NCBI GenBank assembly: GCA_046484865.1
Contig: JAWOID010000113.1
Span: 1 to 34,151 of the forward strand
From: Candidatus Krumholzibacteriia bacterium
GTDB taxonomy: Bacteria > Krumholzibacteriota > Krumholzibacteriia > LZORAL124-64-63
Direction: 5' to 3'
DNA: 34,151 bases
Made by a program: the position numbers and the translations under genes. Of this stretch, positions 16,528-25,272 are shown one piece after another. Below the pieces are notes generated by a model that did not search any database, was not told where the DNA came from, and saw nothing but the letters and a program-made list of their open reading frames with translations. Each line of letters starts with the position of its first letter. Position 1 is the stretch's first letter.

Positions 16528-17351
16528 TGGATTTCCTGCGCAGAGGGCTGGCGCCGGTGGCGTCCGGAGCCTGGGGTGAGATCGACGAGACCGTCGCACG
16601 CGTGCTGCGCGCGCAGCTCCGCGGCCGGTCGGTGGTCGACGTGGAGGGTCCGTTCGGGCTGGACCGGGCCGCCGTGGGCCTGGGCCGCCTGAATTCGGTC
16701 AGCAACCCCGAGAAGGGTGAGGTTGGTTTCGGCGTGCACCGCGTCCAGCCGCTGGTGGAGACACGCGTGTCGTTCGACCTGGACGTCTGGGAGCTGGACA
16801 ACCACGCCCGCGGCGCGGTGGACCTGAAGCTCGACGCGGCCGAGGAGGCCGCGCGCGCCATCGCCCGCTTCGAGGACGAAGCGGTCTTCAACGGTTTCGA
16901 CGACGGCTCGATCGTCGGTCTGACCGAACTCCGGGAACACGACCCGGTGGCCATCGCCGCCGAGCCCGGATCGTTCCTCGACGGAGTGGCGCGGGCGCTG
17001 CTCACGCTCCGGGACGCCGGCGTGGAAGGGCCGTACGCCCTGGTCCTCGGCCCCGACCTCTACCGGCTGTACGCCACCCATGCCGCAGGCTATCCGCTGA
17101 AGAAGCAGGTCCAGAATCTCGTGGAAGGCGACGTGGTGTACGCGCGCAGTCTCGAAGGGGCCCTGCTGCTGAGCCAGCGCGGCGGCGACTTCGTGCTGAC
17201 GCTGGGCCAGGACCTGGCGGTGGGCTACGAGGGCCATACCAACCGAACGGCCACCCTCTTCATCACGGAGTCGTTCACCTTCCGCGTGGTCGACCCGAAC
17301 GCCGGGGTCGTGCTCCCGGTGAAGAGCAGCCAGGACGCTGTGCCCGGGTAA
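16524..17351 (+). CDS. Family-1 encapsulin nanocompartment shell protein (HK97-fold, linocin M18-like)
   Basis: 275 aa, typical family-1 length. Sequence recognised as encapsulin shell (…VETRVSFDLDVWELDN…, …GPYALVLGPDLYRLY…, …FVLTLGQDLAVGYEGH…). Immediately downstream of the cargo gene, with start/stop overlap. Confidence 0.8.
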   Translation: MMDFLRRGLAPVASGAWGEIDETVARVLRAQLRGRSVVDVEGPFGLDRAAVGLGRLNSVSNPEKGEVGFGVHRVQPLVETRVSFDLDVWELDNHARGAVDLKLDAAEEAARAIARFEDEAVFNGFDDGSIVGLTELREHDPVAIAAEPGSFLDGVARALLTLRDAGVEGPYALVLGPDLYRLYATHAAGYPLKKQVQNLVEGDVVYARSLEGALLLSQRGGDFVLTLGQDLAVGYEGHTNRTATLFITESFTFRVVDPNAGVVLPVKSSQDAVPG

Positions 17352-17410
17352 GAGCCGGCACGCGATGCCCGGGCCAGCGCCGGGTGTCCGGGGCCGAGCC
17401 GGGGGCCCGC

Positions 17411-17484
17411 GTCCCGCGCCGGGTCCCGGGTCCCGCGCCGGGCGGCTGGGGTCCCAGCGCCGGGGGCAGAGTCCCAGCGCCGGG
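17411..17484. repeat. Four direct copies of ~14-bp motif GTCCC(G/A)GCGCCGGG at ~20-bp periodicity
   Basis: Copies at about 17411, 17430, 17451 and 17471. All lie in the convergent intergenic region between the encapsulin stop (17351) and the speE stop (17492). Confidence 0.55.
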
Positions 17485-17491
17485 CTCCGGG

Positions 17492-18388
17492 CTAGACAGC
17501 GTCCAGGTACTCCGCGACCGCGACGCGAGCGAACTCCGGCAGCGCGAAGGCCGCCCGGTGGATGTCGAGGTTGTAGTAGCGCCCCGGCAGCCCGGCGGCC
17601 ACCGCGCGTTCGGGCTTCAGGTCGCCGACCGGGCGCAGCCCCAGCGACGCGAAGCTGAACGACCAGAGACCACCCGGATAGGTGAGGTTGGAGTAGTCGT
17701 AGAGGTTGAGCTGCGGGAACACATCCCGCAGCGTTCCCATCAGGCTGCGCTGGGCTGCGCCCTCGTACCACGGGTTCTCACCCTGGGAGACGACGATCCC
17801 CTGCCGGGTGAGCACCCGCTTCACGTCGCCGTAGAATTCGCGGCCGAAGAGCGGCTGGGCCGGTCCGATCGGGTCGGTGGAATCGACCAGCACCACGTCG
17901 TAACGATCGGCGGTGTCGCGGACGAAGGCCACGCCGTCGCCGATGGTCACCTGGACGCGAGGATCGTCGAGGGCGGCCGACGTCAGGCGCAGGTGCTCCC
18001 GGCAGGCGTCTACCACCATCGCGTCGATCTCGACCAGTCGCACGTGCTCCACCGACGGATGGCGGAGAACTTCGCGCACGGTGCCGCCGTCACCGCCGCC
18101 GATGACCAGGACGCGGCGCGGATCCGGGTGCACGCAGAGCGGCACGTGCGCGATCATCTCGTGATACGCGAACTCGTCGCGCTCGGTGACCATCACCAGG
18201 CCGTCGTTGAGCAGCATGCGACCGTGGCCGGCCGTCTCCACCACGTCGACGCGCTGGAACTCGCTGCGGCCGGAGAAGAGCACGCGGGTGACCCGGAAGC
18301 GGCTGGCGTAGATGTCGCGGAAGCGCTCCTCGATCCAGAGGTCGAGCGGCGCGCCCTCGCCGGCGCCGGCGGGCTGGGTCTCGTTCAT
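17492..18388 (-). CDS. speE: Spermidine synthase (aminopropyltransferase)
   Basis: 298 aa. Motifs VLVIGGGDGGTVREV (AdoMet-derivative binding) and VVLVDSTDPIGPA. The start ATG overlaps the stop of the upstream gene (ATGA). Track ORF 17492..19390 is trimmed to this start. Confidence 0.9.
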   Translation of the reverse strand: MNETQPAGAGEGAPLDLWIEERFRDIYASRFRVTRVLFSGRSEFQRVDVVETAGHGRMLLNDGLVMVTERDEFAYHEMIAHVPLCVHPDPRRVLVIGGGDGGTVREVLRHPSVEHVRLVEIDAMVVDACREHLRLTSAALDDPRVQVTIGDGVAFVRDTADRYDVVLVDSTDPIGPAQPLFGREFYGDVKRVLTRQGIVVSQGENPWYEGAAQRSLMGTLRDVFPQLNLYDYSNLTYPGGLWSFSFASLGLRPVGDLKPERAVAAGLPGRYYNLDIHRAAFALPEFARVAVAEYLDAV

Positions 18389-19362
18389 GACGTGCTCCTC
18401 TCGACCCGCGGCTCGCGCTGCAGGTGGGCGTATTCCACGGCATAGCCGCAGCTCAGGACCCGCCCCGTCCGGTGGGTGACGGTCAGGCCTCCGGTCACGG
18501 CGCCGGCCTCGTCCGGGTCCAGCGCGAGACTCCTCTGGAAGATGAGCAGCTCCGCCCTGGCCGGGCGGAACGCTTCCAGCAGGCGGGCGACGACGGCCCG
18601 CTGGCCGGCCGCGTCCAGCTGCCGGTTGGTCTCGAAGCTCACGTACGATCCGATGCGCTGCGGGGTCACGTGCAGGGTGGCGTAGGTGGAGCCGCCGAGG
18701 GCGTTGTAGGAGTAGCCCTGCGGCGCGAAGATGTGGTCGTCCACCGCCAGGTCGCCGAAGAGGTCGGCCAGGCCCGACCGGCGCCGCAGCTCGGGAGCGT
18801 CGTTGCGGCCCGGGACGAACAGCCCGCCCACATCGTCGGGGATGCCGTGCATGAGCAGCTCCAGCGTCGTGTCGTCGGCGTCCGGTTGCCAGGCCCGGTC
18901 CAGATGGAACAGCGCGATGTGATCCCCGTCCGCATCGCCGAACACCTCGGTGGCGCCCGCGACCAGCGCCCGCAGCCGCACCACGTCGTCGTCGAACGAC
19001 GACCGCTGCAGGTGGGGGAAGTTCTCGTTCTTGCGCTCGTAGATCACCGATGCCAGCGCGGCGCCGGTGCCCACCTGCCGCAGGATGCGCTCGGCCGCCA
19101 CCGCCAGCGTGGTCCGGCCGCAGGTGATCATCAGCAGGCGGTCGTCCCAGACGAAGAGGCTCGACTCCGAGAGCAGGTAGGCGTCGCATTCCGGGCTCGA
19201 GAGCTGCGAGAGGATCTCGGCCTCCGCCGCGGCCACGACGCCCTCCCAGAAGGTCGGTCCCAGCCCGCGCAGAGGCGGCGCCGCGGGGGCGAGCAGCACC
19301 TCCAGCTTCTTCTCCGGACCCTCGAACAGCATCTCCACCTCCTCCGTCGTCGCGGCGGCCAA
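18385..19362 (-). CDS. S-adenosylmethionine decarboxylase proenzyme, class II (eukaryotic-type)
   Basis: 325 aa. N-terminal FEGPEKKLEV… matches the eukaryotic-type AdoMetDC signature. LLSESSLFV contains the Glu-Ser autoprocessing site that generates the pyruvoyl cofactor. Upstream of and overlapping speE. Confidence 0.85.
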   Translation of the reverse strand: MAAATTEEVEMLFEGPEKKLEVLLAPAAPPLRGLGPTFWEGVVAAAEAEILSQLSSPECDAYLLSESSLFVWDDRLLMITCGRTTLAVAAERILRQVGTGAALASVIYERKNENFPHLQRSSFDDDVVRLRALVAGATEVFGDADGDHIALFHLDRAWQPDADDTTLELLMHGIPDDVGGLFVPGRNDAPELRRRSGLADLFGDLAVDDHIFAPQGYSYNALGGSTYATLHVTPQRIGSYVSFETNRQLDAAGQRAVVARLLEAFRPARAELLIFQRSLALDPDEAGAVTGGLTVTHRTGRVLSCGYAVEYAHLQREPRVERSTS

Positions 19363-19512
19363 TGTTAACGCCGGCGGGCGTCCCGGTCAAAAACCCCCCG
19401 GTTGCCGGTCGATGGGGGTATGCCTAGGTTCGGGAGGGAAAGAGCCACGGAAACGGGCGGGAGCGCGGGCGGACGGGGGGCGCTCGTTCGCCCAGGACAG
19501 GAAGGACGAGTC

Positions 19513-19944
19513 ATGGCGAACGCCAAGCAGGGAGACCGGGTCAAGATCCACTACACGGGCCGCCTCAAGGACGGCACGGTCTTCGATACCAGCGAGGGAC
19601 GCGAACCTCTGGAATTCACGGCCGGCAGCGAGGAACTGATCACCGGCGTGAGCCACGCGGTCATCGGCATGGAGGAAGGTCAGGAGCGGACGATCACGGT
19701 GCCCCCGGAAGAGGGGTTCGGAGAGCGGCGCGAGGACCTGGCCCAGGAGGTCCCCCGCGATGCCTTGCCGCAGGACGTGAAGGTCGGCGAGCCGCTGACG
19801 GCGCGCTCCGGCGAGCAGGAGGTCCGCGTCTGGGTCCGGGAGCTCTCGGACGACAGCGCGGTGGTGGATGCGAACCATCCGCTGGCGGGACATACCCTGG
19901 AGTTCGACGTCAAGGTGGTGGGCGTCGAGGAACCCGCCGATTAG
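19513..19944 (+). CDS. FKBP-type peptidyl-prolyl cis-trans isomerase (SlyD-like, cytoplasmic)
   Basis: Start MANAKQGDRVKIHYTGRLKDGTVFDTS… is the canonical FKBP N-terminus. It lies within track ORF 19402..19944. There is no signal peptide. An inserted-flap-like region is followed by …LAGHTLEFDVKVVGV…. Confidence 0.8.
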   Translation: MANAKQGDRVKIHYTGRLKDGTVFDTSEGREPLEFTAGSEELITGVSHAVIGMEEGQERTITVPPEEGFGERREDLAQEVPRDALPQDVKVGEPLTARSGEQEVRVWVRELSDDSAVVDANHPLAGHTLEFDVKVVGVEEPAD

Positions 19945-20127
19945 TTCCGCCGACGATCTCGGTCCCGTCGTCGCCGCGCCGCGTCGCCGCCTCGCCGCTG
20001 CGTCGCTTCGCCGCTTGACCGTCCGCCGCCTCGCCGCCTCGCTGCCCTCGCCGCGTGGCGGAGACGCGACTACCGTTTCTGCGGGTGTCGATCGTCGCGA
20101 TTTCCGACCGGCCGAAAGGAGACCAAG

Positions 20128-22452
20128 GTGCCGGACGAGATACGGATCAAGGTGGCGGAGTCCCGTCAGCCGGATGTCGGCAAGGGCCTCGTCAGGCTGT
20201 CGGTGGACGCCATGGCCACGCTCGGTCTCCAGGACGGCGGACTGGTGGAGCTCGAAGGCAAGCGGCGCACGGCGGCCGTCGTGCTCTCGGGCTTTCCGGA
20301 GGACGAGGGGCTCGACATCGTCCGCATGGACGGCCTGCTGCGCGGCAACGCGGGCATCGGTATCGGTGAGCAGGTGCTGGTGCGCCGGGCCGACGCCAAG
20401 GAGGCGCGCTCGGTCACGCTCTCGCCCGCCAAGCCGGGTGTGCGCCTGGGCGGATCGGGCGACGGTCTGAAGCCGACGCTGCTGCACCGGCCGCTGGTCA
20501 CGGGCGACCTCATCTCCACCAGCGTGTTCAAGCGCATGCCCGACCAGATGCCGCCGGGCGCCACGCCGAACGAATTCCTGCGCGGCATGCTGCAGTCGCG
20601 CGCCTTCGGCCTGATGGAGATCCGGCTGGTCGTGATGAAGACGCAGCCCACGGGTGTGGTGCGGGTGACCGAGAACACCCAGATCGAGCTGCTGCCCGAA
20701 TACGAGGGCGATCCCGAGCATGCGATCCGCGAGGTCACCTACGATGACATCGGCGGCATCCGCCCGGTCATCCAGAAGCTGCAGGAGATGGTGGAACTGC
20801 CGCTGAAGCATCCCGAGCTCTTCGCCAGGCTGGGCATCGATCCACCCAACGGCGTGCTGCTGCACGGCCCCCCGGGCACCGGCAAGACCCTGCTGGCGAA
20901 GGCGGTGGCGCAGGAATCGGATGCGGCCTTCTTCGTCATCAACGGCCCGGAGATCATGGGGAAGCACTACGGCGAGTCCGAGGAACGCCTGCGCGCGGTG
21001 TTCGAGGAGGCGGCTCAGAACGCTCCGGCCATCGTCTTCATCGACGAGCTCGACTCGATCGCGCCCAAGCGGGCGGAGGTCACCGGCGAGGCGGAGCGGC
21101 GCATCGTGGCGCAGCTCCTGACGCTCATGGACGGCATGCGCGACCGGCGCAAGCTGATGGTGATCGGCGCCACGAACCGGGTGGACGCCATCGACCAGGC
21201 GCTGCGTCGCCCCGGTCGGTTCGACCGCGAGATCGAGGTGCGCATCCCGGACCGGGTGGGTCGTCTGGAGATCCTGCAGATCCACACGCGCGGCATGCCG
21301 CTGGAGAAGGATGTCGACATCGCCGACCTGGCGGAGCACACCCACGGGTTCACGGGTTCGGACATCGCCGCACTGGTCAAGGAAGCGGCTCTCGCCACCC
21401 TGCGGCGGCTCATGCCCACGATGAACCTCGAGGAGGAGACCATCCCGCCCGAGGTCCTGGAGCGGCTGATCGTGCAACGGCAGGACTTCGATCAGGCCCG
21501 CAAGGAAGTGCAGCCGTCCGCCCTGCGCGAGGTCATCGTGGAGGTGCCGGCGGTGCGCTGGGACGACGTGGGCGGCCTGCAGGACGTCAAGCGCCTGCTG
21601 CACGAGATGGTGGAGTTGCCGCTGCAGAGCCCGGAGGCCTTCGAACGCCTCGGCATCAGGCCGGCGAAGGGGCTGCTGCTCTACGGGCCGCCCGGAACCG
21701 GCAAGACCCTCATCGCGAAGGCGGTGGCCACCGAGGCGGGAGCGAACTTCCTGTCGGCCAAGGGCAGTTCGCTGCTCTCCAAGTGGTACGGGGAGTCCGA
21801 GAAGCGGGTGGCGGAGTACTTCGCCCGCGCCCGACAGGTGACGCCGGCCATCCTCTTCTTCGACGAACTCGACGCCCTCGCGCCGGCGCGCGGCGGCTCC
21901 CTCGGCGAGCCGCACGCCACCGAGCGGGTCGTGAACCAGCTGCTCGCCGAGATGGACGGCATGGAGGAGTTGCGCGGCGTCGTGGTGCTGGGCGCCACCA
22001 ACCGTCCCGACCGCATCGATCCGGCGCTGCTGCGCCCCGGGCGTTTCGACGAGATGGTCTACGTGTCCATTCCCGACCTCGAAGCTCGCCGGTCCATCCT
22101 GGCGGCCCACACGCGCGAGATGGCGCTCGACGAGGATGTCGATCTGGAGAAGCTCGCCCAGATCACCGACAGGTTCACCGGCGCGGACATCGCCGGCGTC
22201 TGCGCGCGGGCCGGGATCTTCGCCCTGCGCGAGAACGTGGAAGCCGAGGCGGTGACGATGGACCACTTCCAGCGCGCGGTGAAGGAGACCATCCCGTCGG
22301 TCACCCCCGAGATGGAGCGGCAGTACCAGAAGGTGGCGCGGCAGGTGAAGCAGCAGGCCTCGCGGATCGGCTTCCTCACCGAGGAGGAGACCGCCGCCGC
22401 AAAGGCCGCCTCGGCCGCCGCCTCCGCTTCTGCGCAGCGCCCGGAAGAATAG
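20128..22452 (+). CDS. Cdc48/p97/VCP-like AAA+ ATPase (N-terminal double-psi-barrel domain + two AAA domains)
   Basis: 774 aa. AAGGAGA RBS before GTG. Cdc48-type N-domain (…[23 protein letters not shown]…). Two Walker A (GPPGTGKT x2) and two Walker B ([16 protein letters not shown]) motifs. Second-region-of-homology arginines are present. Confidence 0.9.
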   Translation: MPDEIRIKVAESRQPDVGKGLVRLSVDAMATLGLQDGGLVELEGKRRTAAVVLSGFPEDEGLDIVRMDGLLRGNAGIGIGEQVLVRRADAKEARSVTLSPAKPGVRLGGSGDGLKPTLLHRPLVTGDLISTSVFKRMPDQMPPGATPNEFLRGMLQSRAFGLMEIRLVVMKTQPTGVVRVTENTQIELLPEYEGDPEHAIREVTYDDIGGIRPVIQKLQEMVELPLKHPELFARLGIDPPNGVLLHGPPGTGKTLLAKAVAQESDAAFFVINGPEIMGKHYGESEERLRAVFEEAAQNAPAIVFIDELDSIAPKRAEVTGEAERRIVAQLLTLMDGMRDRRKLMVIGATNRVDAIDQALRRPGRFDREIEVRIPDRVGRLEILQIHTRGMPLEKDVDIADLAEHTHGFTGSDIAALVKEAALATLRRLMPTMNLEEETIPPEVLERLIVQRQDFDQARKEVQPSALREVIVEVPAVRWDDVGGLQDVKRLLHEMVELPLQSPEAFERLGIRPAKGLLLYGPPGTGKTLIAKAVATEAGANFLSAKGSSLLSKWYGESEKRVAEYFARARQVTPAILFFDELDALAPARGGSLGEPHATERVVNQLLAEMDGMEELRGVVVLGATNRPDRIDPALLRPGRFDEMVYVSIPDLEARRSILAAHTREMALDEDVDLEKLAQITDRFTGADIAGVCARAGIFALRENVEAEAVTMDHFQRAVKETIPSVTPEMERQYQKVARQVKQQASRIGFLTEEETAAAKAASAAASASAQRPEE

Positions 22453-22455
22453 GCG

Positions 22456-23700
22456 GTGGAGGCACGGGAGCCTGCGCACCGCGACGAGCCGCCTGCCGGA
22501 CTCGCCGCGGGAGGGGTGCTGCGCGATCGCAACCTGCACCTCGTGTTCGCGGTGACGCTGATGGCGGTGCTCGGCGTCTCGAGCATCGCCCCGGCCCTGC
22601 CGAAGGTCGGTCGCGTCCTCGACCTCACCCCGCAGGAGACCGGCTGGCTGGTCACCATCTTCACCTTGCCGGGGGTGGCGCTGACTCCGGTCGCCGGCGT
22701 GCTGGCCGACCGGTTCGGCCGCCGGCGCATCCTCGTGCCGGCGCTCTGGGTGTTCGCACTGGCGGGCGCCGCCTGCGCGCTGGCCGGCAGCGTGCGCATG
22801 CTGCTCATCCTGCGGCTGATCCAGGGCATGGGAGCGGCGTCGCTGGGATCGCTGAACGTCACGGTCCTCGGCGATCTCTACCAGGGCCGCCGGCGAGCGG
22901 CCGCCATGGGCTACAACGCCGCCGTCCTCAGCGTGGGCACCGCGGCCTACCCGGCGCTCGGCGGGCTGCTGGCGCAGTTGCACTGGCGCCTGCCGTTCGC
23001 GCTGCCGCTGCTGGCCATCCCCGTGGCGCTGGCTGTACAGAGGCTGCTCCGCAACCCCGAGCCCGACGGAGGCGGTTCGCTGCGCGAGTACTTCGGCGCG
23101 GTGGGACGCGGGCTGCGTCACCGCGCCATCCTCGGCATCTTCACGGTGAGCGTCGTCACCTTCGTGCTGCTCTACAGCGCCATGATCATCTATCTCCCGC
23201 AACTCCTGGACCGTCGCTACCACCTCGCTCCCGCGATCATCGGGATCTTCCTGACCGGCTCGTCCGCGGTCACGGGCCTCGTCTCGTGGCACCTGGGCAA
23301 GCTCTCGCGCCGCCACGGCGAGGGGCGTCTGATCCGGCTCGGCTTCCTGCTCTTCGCGCTGGCGCTGGTGCTGGTGCCGGTGCTGCCCGGGCCGTGGGCC
23401 CTGGCTCTGCCCGCGGCGCTCTTCGGGGCGGGCATGGGTCTGACCATGCCCAGCCTGATGACCATGCTGGCGAGCCTTGCGCCGCAGGCGCACCGGGGCG
23501 CGTTCATGTCGCTCAACGGCATGGTCCTGCGGTTGGGACAGACCCTGGGCCCGCTGGTCGGCGGGCTGGCCTACGGTCTGGGCGGCCTCGATGCGCCCTT
23601 CCTGGCGGGCGCGGTCCTGGCGGTGATCACGTTCCTGCTGATCCTCGCGACGTTGCCCCGGCGGGCGGCGGCAGACGGGCCGGCGCAGGAGTCGGCCTGA
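22456..23700 (+). CDS. MFS transporter
   Basis: Starts 3 nt after the Cdc48-like stop. 12-TM pattern. MFS loop motif between TM2 and TM3 (GVLADRFGRRRIL). Confidence 0.8.
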   Translation: MEAREPAHRDEPPAGLAAGGVLRDRNLHLVFAVTLMAVLGVSSIAPALPKVGRVLDLTPQETGWLVTIFTLPGVALTPVAGVLADRFGRRRILVPALWVFALAGAACALAGSVRMLLILRLIQGMGAASLGSLNVTVLGDLYQGRRRAAAMGYNAAVLSVGTAAYPALGGLLAQLHWRLPFALPLLAIPVALAVQRLLRNPEPDGGGSLREYFGAVGRGLRHRAILGIFTVSVVTFVLLYSAMIIYLPQLLDRRYHLAPAIIGIFLTGSSAVTGLVSWHLGKLSRRHGEGRLIRLGFLLFALALVLVPVLPGPWALALPAALFGAGMGLTMPSLMTMLASLAPQAHRGAFMSLNGMVLRLGQTLGPLVGGLAYGLGGLDAPFLAGAVLAVITFLLILATLPRRAAADGPAQESA

Positions 23701-23779
23701 GCAGTGCGTCCGCGAGGCGGCCGCTGGCGTCGGGCTCGAACGCGACGACCATGTGGAGACACGATTCCGCCGGCCCGGC

Positions 23780-23809
23780 GCCGTCAGACGCCGTCAGATG
23801 CCGTCAGCG
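23780..23809. repeat. Tandem 3 x 10-bp repeat GCCGTCAGA(C/T/G) immediately upstream of pirin RBS
   Basis: GCCGTCAGAC GCCGTCAGAT GCCGTCAGCG. The 10-bp period equals one helical turn. The repeat ends about 15 bp before ATG 23825. Confidence 0.5.
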
Positions 23810-23824
23810 GAGCAGGAGGCTGTC

Positions 23825-24526
23825 ATGACCATCACGCTGCGCCCGGCCCGGGAGCGTGGCCACTTCGACCACGGCTGGCTCGACACCTACCACACCTTCT
23901 CGTTCGGGGAATACCGCGATCCCCATCACGTGGGGTTCCGGAGCCTGCGGGTGATCAACGAGGATCGTCTGCTGCCCGGCAAGGGGTTCCCCACCCACCC
24001 GCACGCCGACATGGAGATCGTCACGTACATCGTCTCGGGCGCGCTCGAGCATCGCGACAGCATGGGCAACGGCTCGGTGATCCGTCGTGGCGACATCCAG
24101 CGCATGAGCGCCGGCACGGGCGTGACGCACAGCGAATTCAACCCCTCCGACGTGGAACCCGTGCATCTGCTGCAGATCTGGATCGTCCCCGAGCACCGGG
24201 GGCTGCGGCCCTCCTACGAGCAGAAGAATTTCCCGGATGAGCAGCGCCGGGGGCAGCTGCGGCTGGTGGGCTCGACCGACGGACGCGAGGGCTCGGTGCG
24301 ATTGAACGCGGACGTGCGCATCTTCTCCGGATTGCTGGAGGCCGGTTCGTCCGCCGCCCTGGACCTCGCGCCCGGACGCCAGGCCTGGGTGCAGGTGGTG
24401 GACGGGCGCCTGGAACTGAACGGGATCGAACTGGGCCACGGCGACGGCGCCAGCGCCAGCGACGTGCCGCGCCTCACCGGATCGGCCATCGGCTCGACGG
24501 AACTGCTGATCCTCGACCTGGGCTGA
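23825..24526 (+). CDS. Pirin-family protein (bicupin)
   Basis: GGAGCAGGAGG RBS before ATG (MTITLRPA…), within track ORF 23753..24526. Pirin N-terminal cupin metal site (…FPTHPHADMEIVTYIVSGALEHRDSMGN…). Confidence 0.85.
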   Translation: MTITLRPARERGHFDHGWLDTYHTFSFGEYRDPHHVGFRSLRVINEDRLLPGKGFPTHPHADMEIVTYIVSGALEHRDSMGNGSVIRRGDIQRMSAGTGVTHSEFNPSDVEPVHLLQIWIVPEHRGLRPSYEQKNFPDEQRRGQLRLVGSTDGREGSVRLNADVRIFSGLLEAGSSAALDLAPGRQAWVQVVDGRLELNGIELGHGDGASASDVPRLTGSAIGSTELLILDLG

Positions 24527-24602
24527 ACCCGCCGCACGGACGGCCGGCGACCGCCCCGCCGGCGCTGCGGAACCGAGATCCCGTGCGGAGACCCGTCCCG
24601 GC

Positions 24603-24620
24603 CGCGCCCCGCGGGGCGCG
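24603..24620. terminator. 18-bp perfect GC palindrome CGCGCCCCGCGGGGCGCG between convergent genes (candidate bidirectional terminator hairpin)
   Basis: Located between the pirin stop (24526, + strand) and the Trm112-like stop (24631, - strand). Forms a strong GC stem in either transcript. No clear U-tract. Confidence 0.35.
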
Positions 24621-24630
24621 TGGACCAGGG

Positions 24631-24858
24631 CTAGCGGCCGCTGAACGGGGCGGCGTCGTGCCGGGCCAGGATCTCCCGCCACTCCGCTTCCGGCAACACC
24701 TCGGATTCGTCCACGAGCATGATCGGGATGTCGTCCTCGATGCGATAGCGGCGGCGCGTGGCCGGATCGGTGGACACCAGCGTGTCGCCGTCCAGCACCA
24801 GGGGCGCCTTGCTCTCGGGGCAGACCAGGATGTCCAGCAGGTCCTTGTCGATGGCCAT
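24631..24858 (-). CDS. Trm112 family protein (UPF0434/YcaR-like small zinc-ribbon-like protein)
   Basis: 75 aa. N-terminal LLDILVCPESKAPL and the …EDDIPIMLVDE… arrangement are typical of the Trm112 family. Confidence 0.8.
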   Translation of the reverse strand: MAIDKDLLDILVCPESKAPLVLDGDTLVSTDPATRRRYRIEDDIPIMLVDESEVLPEAEWREILARHDAAPFSGR

Positions 24859-25104
24859 GGGCGGCCGTCCTCCGCGTTTGGGGGGTGATCCCGGCGTCCG
24901 GGCACTACGATAGCACCGCGACGGTCCGAGCGACAGGTCTCCGCGCCGGGCGACCCGTCGCGCAGCAGGCGCCTTGCATAATGTCGCGGGATGCTCTATC
25001 TTTCCCCGTCCGCACGCGCCGGAATCACGGTGCGGTGCCGTCGTTTGCGCCGCGCGACGAGAGCGCCCTGGCGCGCATCAGCGAGTTGTGGAGGAGAGCC
25101 GGCC

Positions 25105-25272
25105 ATGGCCAAGAAGGGTCCGCGGAAGATCGTGATCCTGGAGTGTACCGAGGCGCCGGGGACGTCGGTCTACACGACCTACAAGAACCCGCGCAACGAC
25201 CCGGACCGTCTCCAGCTCAAGAAGTACAACGCGGTGCTGCGCAAGCACACGATGCATCGCGAGAAGAAGTAG
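25105..25272 (+). CDS. rpmG: 50S ribosomal protein L33
   Basis: 55 aa; [55 protein letters not shown] matches the L33 family. No CxxC pairs, so a zinc-independent form. Lies within track ORF 24991..25272. Confidence 0.9.
   Translation: MAKKGPRKIVILECTEAPGTSVYTTYKNPRNDPDRLQLKKYNAVLRKHTMHREKK

Noticed and set aside
17411-17484. Possible CRISPR array
   Set aside because: There are only four 14-bp repeats with about 6-bp spacers. This is far below CRISPR repeat and spacer sizes, and no cas genes are present.
16395-17771. 458-aa ORF on minus strand
   Set aside because: It is antisense to the encapsulin shell gene, which has clear family similarity. It is Arg/Gly/Pro-rich with no motifs.
19387-23493. 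1368-aa ORF on minus strand
   Set aside because: It is antisense to the FKBP, Cdc48-like AAA+ and MFS genes, which carry unmistakable motifs. Its translation is Arg/Gly/His-rich nonsense with no domains.
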